Positions 38,266 to 47,268 of a DNA stretch of 64,000 nucleotides are shown here, piece by piece. Origin of the DNA: Bacteroidota bacterium. GTDB lineage: Bacteria > Bacteroidota > Bacteroidia > Bacteroidales > WCHB1-69. Below the pieces are notes generated by a model. That model saw only the letters and a list, made by a program, of their open reading frames with translations, ran no database searches and was not told the DNA's origin. The position numbers were made by a program, and so were the translations under genes. Positions within the stretch are counted from its first letter, which is position 1. The number at the start of each line of letters is the position of its first letter. The stretch is from contig JAEZOU010000003.1 of assembly GCA_023413895.1 (NCBI GenBank), positions 148,265 through 212,264 of the forward strand, read 5' to 3'.

Positions 38266-39060
38266 TTATTTTTGATTCCAAAAGAAAGTGATGACAGCAG
38301 ATTGAGAAAAGCCTGTTTGATAATCATATTGTGAATGTAATGAGAAGAGAAGTGAACGCCATTGACAGGTAATACCGACTGAAAGCAAGTGTAAAGAAAC
38401 TGCTCCTTTTAACGCTAAATAACGCATAGCGTAATGCGCAGAAAGATTAACATCCCAATTTCCTGGAAGATATTTTGTAAGTTGTGCGGACAGAAGTAAA
38501 TCTCTATGAATTTTGTAATACAACATCGATTGCAAAGTGATGGGAATAGGATTCTCGCTTACAATACCGTAGTGCAAATGCGCGGGATTATATGCTTGCA
38601 AAGCCACACCCATTTTATCGTTTACCTCAGCGCAAAAGGAGAGATCAAAAGTAATAGAATGAATGGTATTATAATTCTTTGCATGAAACATCGAATAATA
38701 GAAATGTGAAACAAATGCAAAATGAGGTGAGATTTTTAAACCATATCCCACACTACCTACCAATTCACCAAAACGGGAAAATCCAGTGTGCCGAATCGAA
38801 GCAAAAAAACGATGACGTTGATAGGGAAAAGAACAAGAAAACCGCTCAGAGGTCATTTCTTTAATAAAATAGCGATTTTCCGCTGACAGCGAAAGATGAT
38901 TCGCATCCGACTTTATCAATAAAATTGGAAAATTTTCTGACTCTGAGAACCTAAAAAAGGAATCACATGAGAGATAATTACTTTGGGCATATAATGTGGA
39001 AGTCATTAATGCTAAACAAAATAGAGAAGTTAGTAGTCCTAGTAAGAGAAGTTTTTTCAT
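38266..39060 (-). CDS. Putative small outer-membrane beta-barrel protein
   Basis: 264 aa with a signal peptide (LALMTSTLYAQ). The rest is aromatic-rich with alternating hydrophobic patterns. There is a 5-nt gap to the downstream HhH-barrel gene. Confidence 0.5.
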   Translation of the reverse strand: MKKLLLLGLLTSLFCLALMTSTLYAQSNYLSCDSFFRFSESENFPILLIKSDANHLSLSAENRYFIKEMTSERFSCSFPYQRHRFFASIRHTGFSRFGELVGSVGYGLKISPHFAFVSHFYYSMFHAKNYNTIHSITFDLSFCAEVNDKMGVALQAYNPAHLHYGIVSENPIPITLQSMLYYKIHRDLLLSAQLTKYLPGNWDVNLSAHYAMRYLALKGAVSLHLLSVGITCQWRSLLFSLHSQYDYQTGFSQSAVITFFWNQK

Positions 39061-39079
39061 CGTTGCAAAATTCAGTTCG

Positions 39080-39087
39080 CAAATATA
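39080..39087 (-). promoter_or_regulatory. Bacteroidota -7 promoter box (TATATTTG on minus strand) for the two-barrel operon
   Basis: The plus strand reads CAAATATA, 20 nt upstream of ATG 39060. Confidence 0.5.
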
Positions 39088-39207
39088 TAAATTATTTTGT
39101 TATAATTGTATTATTTATTTTAATTTAGAACAATAAAAAATAAGAATTGATGAAACAAACTTTTTTCATTTAGAAACGTTTATATTATGTAATCAAAACT
39201 CAAAACT

Positions 39208-39423
39208 ATGAAAACATTAAACATTTTTGCGTTATTAGGTGGCATTGCCATTGGCGCAGCAGCAGCATTGTTATTCGCTCCAGACAGCGGAAAAAACACC
39301 CGAAACAAAATTTATAACAAGCTAAAAGAAAAGGGGATAGAACTATCTCCAGAACAATTAGAGTTGTTAATTGAAAAAGTAAAAGGAGGTTGTCACAGCA
39401 ACAATTCCGTTGAAAAGAGTTAA
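39208..39423 (+). CDS. YtxH domain-containing protein
   Basis: 71 aa. The N-terminal TM is followed by the APDSGKNTRNK motif characteristic of the YtxH family. Confidence 0.75.
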   Translation: MKTLNIFALLGGIAIGAAAALLFAPDSGKNTRNKIYNKLKEKGIELSPEQLELLIEKVKGGCHSNNSVEKS

Positions 39424-39455
39424 CAATGAGGTAACCTTGGAATCAGGAGGGTAAG

Positions 39456-39824
39456 ATGAGCACAAAGTACAGCAATTTGGGTAATGAAACAAAAGAGTAT
39501 CTAAATCTGCAAATTCAATTGTTAAAACTAAATCTTGTAGAGAAAATTTCTCAAACGATTTCACTAATTATAACGATTATGGCAGGAATACTACTAACAT
39601 TAGGGGCATTCATATACTTATCGATTATCTTTGTTATTCAGATAGCAAATCTTACAGGTAGTTTTAGTGTGGGGCTACTCATCATTGCTACCATTTTTCT
39701 CATCATCTTCCTCTTCCTGATTCTTTTTAAGAAACATCTTATTATCAATCCAATAATAAAAACTATAAGTGCAATTATATTCAACAAAGAAGAGAAGAGA
39801 AAGGAGATGATTGATGAAGAATAA
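39456..39824 (+). CDS. Holin-X / DUF1469-like small membrane protein (phage holin family annotation class)
   Basis: 122 aa. An amphipathic N-terminal helix is followed by two long TMs and a charged tail. This is the usual position after YtxH. Confidence 0.55.
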   Translation: MSTKYSNLGNETKEYLNLQIQLLKLNLVEKISQTISLIITIMAGILLTLGAFIYLSIIFVIQIANLTGSFSVGLLIIATIFLIIFLFLILFKKHLIINPIIKTISAIIFNKEEKRKEMIDEE

Positions 39825-40068
39825 TATCAATTCACGATATGCAAATATAGGAAGTTTAGAGGAACTTATATTTGAAAAGGAGCGATTGGAAGAAAAAATC
39901 AAAGTAGAAAAAGAACGGATTAGTGCGAGTATTTCTGAGGTTTACCAAGATTGGAGTTTCATTCCCCAAACAGCACGTTTTATATCTCATGTTAGCAACT
40001 ACATTCCCAAGTTACTTCAATTCACCACTCTGATTATCAGGCTTATCCTTCATCACAAAAGAAAATAA
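39811..40068 (+). CDS. Small hypothetical protein (coiled-coil plus C-terminal hydrophobic segment)
   Basis: 85 aa. It overlaps the previous ORF by 14 nt and is the third member of the YtxH trio. Confidence 0.45.
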   Translation: MMKNNINSRYANIGSLEELIFEKERLEEKIKVEKERISASISEVYQDWSFIPQTARFISHVSNYIPKLLQFTTLIIRLILHHKRK

Positions 40069-40095
40069 AAGCGAACTCATTATAAGTTCGCTTTT
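40067..40095. terminator. Bidirectional intrinsic terminator (YtxH trio / convergent TolC-like gene)
   Basis: The sequence is AAAA-GCGAACU-CAUUAUA-AGUUCGC-UUUU. Confidence 0.8.
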
Positions 40096-40121
40096 ATTCT
40101 ATACAATATTCATGTTACAAA

Positions 40122-41399
40122 TTACAATCTACCCTGCAAGGCAAGCATTTCAAATTTTGCCTTTAGAAGTTGCATATTATGCATCTCTTTATTTATGAGT
40201 GACTGAAGTTCATCATTTTGTTGTTTAATATAATCATACGCAGTAATTGTTCCATTCATTAATTGAATTTTGTAGGTTGCCGTAATCTCAGCATATTTTT
40301 GCGTAATTTTCTCGTCCAAACTCAAAAGATTTTCTAACTTCATAATCTCATTCGATTTTTCCTTAATTTTCATTGCGTTAAAGGTTTTGAAGTCAAACTC
40401 TTGACTTTGAAGTATTTGTCGCTGCAACATAACAATATCACCAATTCCAACTGTTTTTGCCCAAGAGATTAATGGAACTTTAAAATTTACACCTACCTGA
40501 TAAAACCATTTAAATTGATTTTGGAAAATATTGTAAGAAGGACGGCCGTAACCACCTGTTGCATAAATAGATATACTTGGCAAACTATTAAACACATACA
40601 TTTTACGTTGAAAATCAAGCCCTTTCTTACTAGTTTCAAAAATACTAAACTCTAATCGTAAAGATTCAGAATTATGGTCAATTATAGGATCGGAAGGTAC
40701 CTCAAAAATAACATTTGACAAATCTCTTCCAGTGATAATAGAAAGTGATGCAACCAAAGTTTTCTTCGTCGAAATCAACTCACTACTTTGTTGTTCTATT
40801 TTAAGGGCTTGTAATTCCAATTCAGAAACAGTATTTCCATGCACAACTCCCTCCTTATAAAGTGTTTTTAACTGTTCGAGCTGCTCGGAAATGGTTTTTT
40901 CAACATTTTGAAGAAGAACCAGCTGCTTGTCTAAAATCAATAAGTTCATATAAATGGCAAGCACTTGCTCTTTCAAATCATTGATTGTTAAGTCCAATTT
41001 ATTGATTTCGGTCATATTCATCATCTTCTCATACTTTCGTGCATAAACCGACTTCAAGCCATCGAACACCACCTGTTCAAAATCGAGTGTAACTCCGTAG
41101 TGATCACGGGATAATTTATCTAAATTGTAATCTTCATAAAAAGAATCTGGTAGTTGAGGTACGTCAGATTGGTATGAGATTCTACCATTAATTTCCAATT
41201 TAGGGTAAAGATGTGAAGACACATCGTTCAATTTCACCTTCAAAAGTTCTGCATTTAACTCTTTTTGCACATTGGCAGAAGATTGAGCTACCGCCCACTC
41301 TTGGCACTGAAGCATCGTCACAACTTCTTGAGCAACAACAAATTGCAAAAAAGGAATCAAAACTAAAAATAAAGACAAGAATATCTTTTGCATAATCAA
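40122..41399 (-). CDS. TolC-family outer-membrane efflux protein
   Basis: 425 aa with a signal peptide (FLQFVVAQ). The two-repeat coiled-coil/beta architecture and length fit the TolC/OEP family. The start may be ATG 41393. No adjacent pump genes are present. Confidence 0.7.
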   Translation of the reverse strand: MIMQKIFLSLFLVLIPFLQFVVAQEVVTMLQCQEWAVAQSSANVQKELNAELLKVKLNDVSSHLYPKLEINGRISYQSDVPQLPDSFYEDYNLDKLSRDHYGVTLDFEQVVFDGLKSVYARKYEKMMNMTEINKLDLTINDLKEQVLAIYMNLLILDKQLVLLQNVEKTISEQLEQLKTLYKEGVVHGNTVSELELQALKIEQQSSELISTKKTLVASLSIITGRDLSNVIFEVPSDPIIDHNSESLRLEFSIFETSKKGLDFQRKMYVFNSLPSISIYATGGYGRPSYNIFQNQFKWFYQVGVNFKVPLISWAKTVGIGDIVMLQRQILQSQEFDFKTFNAMKIKEKSNEIMKLENLLSLDEKITQKYAEITATYKIQLMNGTITAYDYIKQQNDELQSLINKEMHNMQLLKAKFEMLALQGRL

Positions 41400-41411
41400 A
41401 ATTTAAAAGTG

Positions 41412-41419
41412 CAAAAATA
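41412..41419 (-). promoter_or_regulatory. Bacteroidota -7 promoter box (TATTTTTG on minus strand) for the TolC-like gene
   Basis: The plus strand reads CAAAAATA, 13-19 nt upstream of the candidate starts. This implies a very short leader. Confidence 0.45.
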
Positions 41420-41442
41420 CATTACTTTTTGAATTTTTCAGT

Positions 41443-44178
41443 TTAATATCTTCCAACTCGCTTTGTTTTTTTACAAATCTCTTTATAATCACAACTAGAG
41501 CATCTTCTTTCATCTGTAACTTGTTCAAAATCTTTATCTTTTGAACAAATCTCATTCAGAAGTTTCAATAATTTATTTTCAAAATTTTCCAAGTCGAAAC
41601 CTCCTTCAATTTCTCCAAAAAACAGAAAATTCTTATTACCTTTAATATTAGCTTCACGGAGTGAGATAATTCCACTCTTCACATTTGCAGTCGAATCCTT
41701 TTTAAGATACAGATAGGTATAAAAACTTAGCTGAAAAAGTTGAGAACATTCTGAGGATGAAAATAGATCTTCGAGAGGTTTTTGTAAGTTATCGGAAACA
41801 CGCCCTGATTTATAATCTAAAATATGAATAACTCCATTGCGATTATCAATTCTATCTGCTTTTCCACATAATTTATAACCTTCTAAGGTTGTTTCTAACT
41901 CTTCTTCAACAGCTAATATCTCGTATGGATTTTTGCATTCTTGTAAAACTTTATTCAGATAATTTTTAACATACTGACATACAACATTTTTAATCAGATA
42001 TGGTTTTCCATTCGAGAAATCTACTTCTTTTAAATTTTGATCTTCTTGGATAGCATTATCAACCAAAGTTTCAACCATCGAGATTGCCTTTGAAACAACC
42101 TCATTGATATTACATCCCGGCACCAATACGGTTTCAAAGATTCTATGAATCAGCGTTCCCACAGCATTATCCTCTATTTCCTCAACATCATTTTTCTCAG
42201 GCTTCAGCCCGGCTACATATTTCAAATAGAATTGCATAGGACATAGAATGTAAGATGAAAGCGAAGAGGGAGAAAAACTTTTCTGTTTTAAAATATCCAA
42301 TACTTCGTTAGTTTTGGGAATAGAAAAGGAATCATCTTTAAATGTGGGTTGGAGATTTATATGTTTATATTCAATCGAAATTATATCTCTTGAAACCTTT
42401 TGCTTTTCCAATTCAAACTCTAACTGTTTAATAAATCTACTTTTCTCTTGTAAGGAATCAGAAACATTAGTATCATAAACAATGTGGATTTGAGATGCAC
42501 GTTGAAGAAGGCGGAAAAAATGATAAGCAAAAATAGCATCTTTTTCATGGTGGGTAGGCATCTTGAAATAGCGTTTAATGTCGTACATCAAAAATGATGA
42601 ATTGGCTTTCCCTTTGGGTAAAACATTCTCGTTTACAGATAGTACAATTACATTTTTAAAATCTAGGGTTCTCGTTTCAAGAAGTCCCATTACTTGTAAT
42701 CCTTGGTTAAAATCGCCTGCAAAAGGAATCGTAATAGATGCCAATTTTTCATTTATAATCATTTGCGCAGCTGCAATATGCTCCTCTTGAATAAACAAAT
42801 TTGCACCTTCTTTTTTAAATCGTTGTAATAGTTCTTCGGTTGCTTGCAGATGTTCAACAATCACCTCTACTGCATTTTTATCAAATCCTGCATTCAATTT
42901 CTGATTAACATTCTCAAAAAATGTTCTTAACTCTGAAATAAAATTTTCTGCTCTTTGGCACGTTGGAAAAACAATATCATCAGGGAAAAGATCTATTTTA
43001 TAAACAAAAGGATTCGGATTTTGAGATAATTTCTTAATTTCTAACTCTTTATCTTTCAGAATAGGGACTAGCAATGGATTTTTTACAACAGAAAGCAGAT
43101 CTTTTCTATAGTATCGAATATATTCTGAATGTTGAATAGCTTTAAACCGATAACAGTTTTTACAAAGTTCAAAAATTTGGACTAGAAGTTCGTATGCTGA
43201 AGTGATACGCAACGGATATCCCATCGTATAGTTCACATCTTTGGTTCCATACGCATGAACAAACGGCAACAACAAACTCTCATCAGCAAAAACCAAAACC
43301 GTATCATTTAAGTTACCTTGTCTCTCCTTAATTTTATTTAACTCTTCGATAGCATAAAAAATTTGTGTCAAACTTCCTGAGGCACCTACAATAGAGATAT
43401 TTTTAGGAAATGATTTGAAGTCATTCTTCGATTCAATAGGTGGCAAACACAATTTATCTTGAATTTTCGTTGCGAAGGGAGCATATTGATCACGATAAAA
43501 TTGATCTATGTCAAAAAGCAATTCACATTTAAAGTTTTTATAGAAATATTCTACAATTTTCAATTCTGAAGGAGATAGTGCATGAAAACCAGCAAAAATA
43601 AAACGCTGATAAGGTAAAACTTGTGCATACTTTTCAACACTCTCTGCCACATCTCGATACATAATTCCTTGACTAACCTCTTCTTTCTCCATAAGGATCG
43701 ATTTCAACTTCGAATAAATCGTTCCTAACTTATCATAAAACGCTAAATATTTCTCCTGATTGTGAGTCAATTTATCACGAAGAAAAGAGGTTTCCAACTC
43801 TTTAATAGATTTCAAATTTTGAAAAACCTCATCGGGATTAAGCATCTGAATATCTACATCATCAATATCCGACAAAAACAGAGAACTCCAACCTATAAAT
43901 TTTGAAAAGGGAGTATCTTCAGGAATTTCATTCTTATATATCTGATAAAGAATTAGTAACAATTCATGCTTATCAATTAATTGGTAAGGTGACAGTTCCT
44001 TAATAAACTCCTCAATTGTAATAATTTTGGGAGAAAAAATAGGAGTTTTAATTTTGGAGATTAGCGAATTAAGCAAAAAACGCTTTGCTCTTCTATTGGG
44101 CAAAACCACCATTACGCGTTCCATCGGAATAGTTGTATCAGCGAGCAAACAACCTACTATTTCATCAATAAAATGCAT
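41443..44178 (-). CDS. AddB-like PD-(D/E)XK nuclease family protein (helicase-nuclease complex subunit B type)
   Basis: 911 aa. The N-terminal degenerate P-loop region (VMVVLPNRRAKRFL) is typical of AddB-type proteins. The C-terminal RecB-type nuclease motif (GKADRIDNRNGVIHILDYKSGR) and a terminal Cys cluster (CSSCDYKEIC) are also present. Confidence 0.7.
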   Translation of the reverse strand: MHFIDEIVGCLLADTTIPMERVMVVLPNRRAKRFLLNSLISKIKTPIFSPKIITIEEFIKELSPYQLIDKHELLLILYQIYKNEIPEDTPFSKFIGWSSLFLSDIDDVDIQMLNPDEVFQNLKSIKELETSFLRDKLTHNQEKYLAFYDKLGTIYSKLKSILMEKEEVSQGIMYRDVAESVEKYAQVLPYQRFIFAGFHALSPSELKIVEYFYKNFKCELLFDIDQFYRDQYAPFATKIQDKLCLPPIESKNDFKSFPKNISIVGASGSLTQIFYAIEELNKIKERQGNLNDTVLVFADESLLLPFVHAYGTKDVNYTMGYPLRITSAYELLVQIFELCKNCYRFKAIQHSEYIRYYRKDLLSVVKNPLLVPILKDKELEIKKLSQNPNPFVYKIDLFPDDIVFPTCQRAENFISELRTFFENVNQKLNAGFDKNAVEVIVEHLQATEELLQRFKKEGANLFIQEEHIAAAQMIINEKLASITIPFAGDFNQGLQVMGLLETRTLDFKNVIVLSVNENVLPKGKANSSFLMYDIKRYFKMPTHHEKDAIFAYHFFRLLQRASQIHIVYDTNVSDSLQEKSRFIKQLEFELEKQKVSRDIISIEYKHINLQPTFKDDSFSIPKTNEVLDILKQKSFSPSSLSSYILCPMQFYLKYVAGLKPEKNDVEEIEDNAVGTLIHRIFETVLVPGCNINEVVSKAISMVETLVDNAIQEDQNLKEVDFSNGKPYLIKNVVCQYVKNYLNKVLQECKNPYEILAVEEELETTLEGYKLCGKADRIDNRNGVIHILDYKSGRVSDNLQKPLEDLFSSSECSQLFQLSFYTYLYLKKDSTANVKSGIISLREANIKGNKNFLFFGEIEGGFDLENFENKLLKLLNEICSKDKDFEQVTDERRCSSCDYKEICKKTKRVGRY

Positions 44179-44202
44179 AGACTTATTTCAATTAAATAAA
44201 GA

Positions 44203-44254
44203 ATTTGAGATGGTCAAAAAAACGATCAACATCATCAATTCAACCATCTCAAAT
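44203..44254 (-). terminator. 12-bp perfect inverted repeat, probable clpB terminator
   Basis: ATTTGAGATGGT (44203-44214) pairs with ACCATCTCAAAT (44243-44254) across a 28-nt loop. On the minus strand UUCUUUAUUU follows. Confidence 0.45.
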
Positions 44255-44260
44255 AGGTGG

Positions 44261-44268
44261 CAAAGATA
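44261..44268 (-). promoter_or_regulatory. Bacteroidota -7 promoter box (TATCTTTG on minus strand) for the AddB-like gene
   Basis: The plus strand reads CAAAGATA, between the clpB stop and the inverted repeat and about 83 nt upstream of ATG 44178. Confidence 0.4.
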
Positions 44269-44280
44269 CAAAATTCTGTT

Positions 44281-46887
44281 TTAAGATCGATTAAAGAATG
44301 TAAATTTTCCATCTTCAAAACTATCCACAACAATAGTTTCATTTTTCTTCAACGAATCGGAAAGGATAATTTTAGAGAGTTCATTCAAAATATGTTTTTG
44401 AATTACTCGTTTCAAAGGTCGCGCACCATAAATTGGATTATAACCCATCTCTACTAAAAGTTCGAGTGCATATTTTGTAAATTCAAGTTTGATATTCTGT
44501 TGTTCCAACAATTCATTTAACTGACTAATTTGCAAGCGAATAATATCTTTTATCTCTCTTTTTGACAGAGGTTGAAACATAACAATTTCATCAATTCTAT
44601 TTACGAACTCTGGTGGAAGTGTTTTTTTAAGCAAGTCATTCACTTCAACTTTAGTTCGTTCAAAAACTTCATCTTCAGAATATTTACCTCTATCAGAATA
44701 GTTTTCTTGGATAATAGCAGAACCTAAATTTGAGGTCATAATAATTATCGTATTTTTGAAATCTGAGGTGCGGCCTTTATTATCAGTCAATCGTCCATCA
44801 TCAAGCACTTGCAGAAGCACATTAAAAATATCAGGATGTGCTTTTTCAATTTCATCGAAAAGGATTACGGAATAGGGCTTTCTACGAATCTGTTCTGTCA
44901 ATTGTCCTCCTTCATCATAACCCACATAACCCGGAGGCGATCCCACCAAACGAGAAATAGAATGGGCTTCTTGAAACTCACTCATATCGAAACGTATCAG
45001 TGCATCTTCTGTATTGAAAAGATACTCAGCCAATGCTTTTGCTAACTCCGTTTTACCAACTCCGGTAGTGCCCATAAAAACAAACGAACCGATAGGACGT
45101 CGACTATCTTGCAATCCTGCCCGACTCCGACGAATCGCATCAGCAACAGCTTCGATTGCTTCATTTTGTCCTACTACGCGCTTATGCAATTCCTCCTCCA
45201 AATGGAGCAACTTCATCTTCTCGCTCTGCATCATCTTACTCACAGGAATCCCAGTCCAGCGTGCTACCACCTCAGCAATATCGTCAGCGCCAACTTCTTC
45301 ATCTATCATTGCGCCATCAGCTTGCAGTTTATTTAAATCTTCTTGCAATGTTTCTATCTTATTTTCAGCATCTTTTATAATACCATAGCGCAACTCTGCA
45401 ACTCTGCCATAGTTACCTTGACGTTCCTGTTCGGCGGCTTCTAACTTAAAATCTTCAATATCTGATTTTATTTTTTGAATCTCTTCTGCCACATTCTTTT
45501 CAGCACGCCACTTAGAAGCAATACTATTCCTTTGCTCTTGAAGTTCAGCAATCTGCTTACTCATGCTTCTATCTTTCTCCTCCTCGCCCTCTTTACGTAT
45601 TGCCTCTCGTTCAATCTCCAACTGACGAATTTTACGTTCCAATTCATCCAATTCCTCTGGAACCGAATTTAGTTCTAATTTCAACTTTGAAGCTGCTTCA
45701 TCAATAAGGTCAATTGCCTTATCTGGTAAAAATCTATCAGAAATATATCTTTGTGATAACTCAACAGCAGCAATAATTGCCTCGTCCAATATTCTTACCT
45801 GATGGTGATGTTCATACCGTTCCTTCAAACCTCTTAGAATTGAGATTGCTGAATATTTGTCAGGTTCATCAATTAAAACAGGTTGGAAACGACGCGCTAA
45901 GGCCTTATCTTTTTCAAAATACTTTTGGTACTCGTTTAAAGTTGTAGCCCCAATAGAGCGCAGTTCTCCTCTTGAAAGTGCAGGTTTCAAAATATTTGCA
46001 GCGTCCATTGCGCCCTCACCCGACGACCCAGCACCTACCAATGTGTGAATTTCATCGATAAAGAGAATTATCTCACCATCAGACTCCATCACCTCTTTAA
46101 TTACATTTTTCAAACGTTCCTCAAACTCACCTTTATATTTAGCTCCCGCTACCAACGCTCCCATATCCAAAGAAAACAACTTCTTAGTTTTCAAATTTTC
46201 AGGAACATCTCCACTAACTAAACGGTGTGCAAGCCCCTCTGCTATAGCAGTTTTTCCTACTCCAGGTTCACCAATTAGAATCGGATTATTTTTGGTACGA
46301 CGAGAAAGAATTTGCAACACGCGACGTATCTCCTCATCACGGCCTATCACTGGATCTAACTTTCCTTTACGGGCTGCCTCATTTAAATTGGTTGCATAGC
46401 GATTTAACGCATTATAACTATCCTCCCCCATCTCTGAAGTGATCTTTGACCCCTTGCGAAGTTCTTGTATGGCAACCGTAATTCCTTTTTCTGTAACCCC
46501 CAAGTCTTTCAATATCTTAGCCGCTTCATCATTCGCAATAAAAACACCATAAAAAAGATGTTCCAACGAAACAAACTCATCTTTCAGCTCATTACTAAAG
46601 ATGATGGCACGCTGAATAGCATTATTTACACCAGGCGCAAGGTATACATCATTACTATTACCACTCCCCTTGGGCAAGTGTTGAAGCTGACGATTGACAA
46701 CTTGCTCTAAAACTCGAGGATTCACATCCATCTTCTTCAGCAGAAAAGGAATAACATTGGCATCTACATCCATTAACGACTTTAATATATGAAGGTTATC
46801 AATTCGTTGCTGCTGATTTTGCATCGCTAACATCTGTGCATTAGCAATAGCTTCTTGAGATTTGAGAGTTAAATTATTAAAGTTCAT
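44281..46887 (-). CDS. clpB: ATP-dependent chaperone ClpB
   Basis: 868 aa with two AAA+ modules (GEPGVGKT and GTTGVGKT), a long middle coiled coil, and the Clp N-domain. Confidence 0.96.
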   Translation of the reverse strand: MNFNNLTLKSQEAIANAQMLAMQNQQQRIDNLHILKSLMDVDANVIPFLLKKMDVNPRVLEQVVNRQLQHLPKGSGNSNDVYLAPGVNNAIQRAIIFSNELKDEFVSLEHLFYGVFIANDEAAKILKDLGVTEKGITVAIQELRKGSKITSEMGEDSYNALNRYATNLNEAARKGKLDPVIGRDEEIRRVLQILSRRTKNNPILIGEPGVGKTAIAEGLAHRLVSGDVPENLKTKKLFSLDMGALVAGAKYKGEFEERLKNVIKEVMESDGEIILFIDEIHTLVGAGSSGEGAMDAANILKPALSRGELRSIGATTLNEYQKYFEKDKALARRFQPVLIDEPDKYSAISILRGLKERYEHHHQVRILDEAIIAAVELSQRYISDRFLPDKAIDLIDEAASKLKLELNSVPEELDELERKIRQLEIEREAIRKEGEEEKDRSMSKQIAELQEQRNSIASKWRAEKNVAEEIQKIKSDIEDFKLEAAEQERQGNYGRVAELRYGIIKDAENKIETLQEDLNKLQADGAMIDEEVGADDIAEVVARWTGIPVSKMMQSEKMKLLHLEEELHKRVVGQNEAIEAVADAIRRSRAGLQDSRRPIGSFVFMGTTGVGKTELAKALAEYLFNTEDALIRFDMSEFQEAHSISRLVGSPPGYVGYDEGGQLTEQIRRKPYSVILFDEIEKAHPDIFNVLLQVLDDGRLTDNKGRTSDFKNTIIIMTSNLGSAIIQENYSDRGKYSEDEVFERTKVEVNDLLKKTLPPEFVNRIDEIVMFQPLSKREIKDIIRLQISQLNELLEQQNIKLEFTKYALELLVEMGYNPIYGARPLKRVIQKHILNELSKIILSDSLKKNETIVVDSFEDGKFTFFNRS

Positions 46888-46946
46888 AGGTTCTCTTTTT
46901 TAATTCATAATTTTTTGATGGTCGTTCTTCTTAGCAACATCTTTGC

Positions 46947-46954
46947 CAAAAATA
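46947..46954 (-). promoter_or_regulatory. Bacteroidota -7 promoter box (TATTTTTG on minus strand) for clpB
   Basis: The plus strand reads CAAAAATA, 60 nt upstream of ATG 46887. Confidence 0.45.
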
Positions 46955-47129
46955 AAAAACTGACAAAATGACATATAACAAAACCTAATAAGTAACACAA
47001 TTACTTTTAAAATCTCTTGAAACTGAATTAAAATGATAATTTAACTTGAAAATTTCAGATTAAATTAGAACCTTATCCTTCATTTTTCAATTAATTTTCG
47101 ATTTAAAATCATTTCCTATAAAAATAGTG

Positions 47130-47137
47130 TATTTTTG
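47130..47137 (+). promoter_or_regulatory. Bacteroidota -7 promoter box (TATTTTTG) for the peptidase-cstA-panB-rluA string
   Basis: TATTTTTG lies 132 nt upstream of ATG 47269, which implies a long leader. Confidence 0.35.
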
Positions 47138-47268
47138 TAGGCGTGAAAAAAGGGAATTTTTATCTGAATAAAAATAAAAAGATCTTCTATAAACATACTA
47201 AATATCAGCAAAATACCAAATAAAACAAGAACATAGGATAAAATTATTAATAACAAAAAAATTCGCTT

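Noticed and set aside
45014-45388. Cluster of antisense ORFs (124, 75 and 74 aa) inside clpB.
   Set aside because: These are overlapping shadow frames in the coiled-coil region of clpB, and the peptides are low-complexity S/P/A-rich.
46888-47268. A 381-nt AT-rich gap upstream of clpB, considered as a possible regulatory RNA, CIRCE-like element or repeat.
   Set aside because: Only short imperfect repeats (cttgaaactgaatt / cttgaaaatttcag) and two -7 boxes were found. There is no extended palindrome and no GC-rich structured segment.
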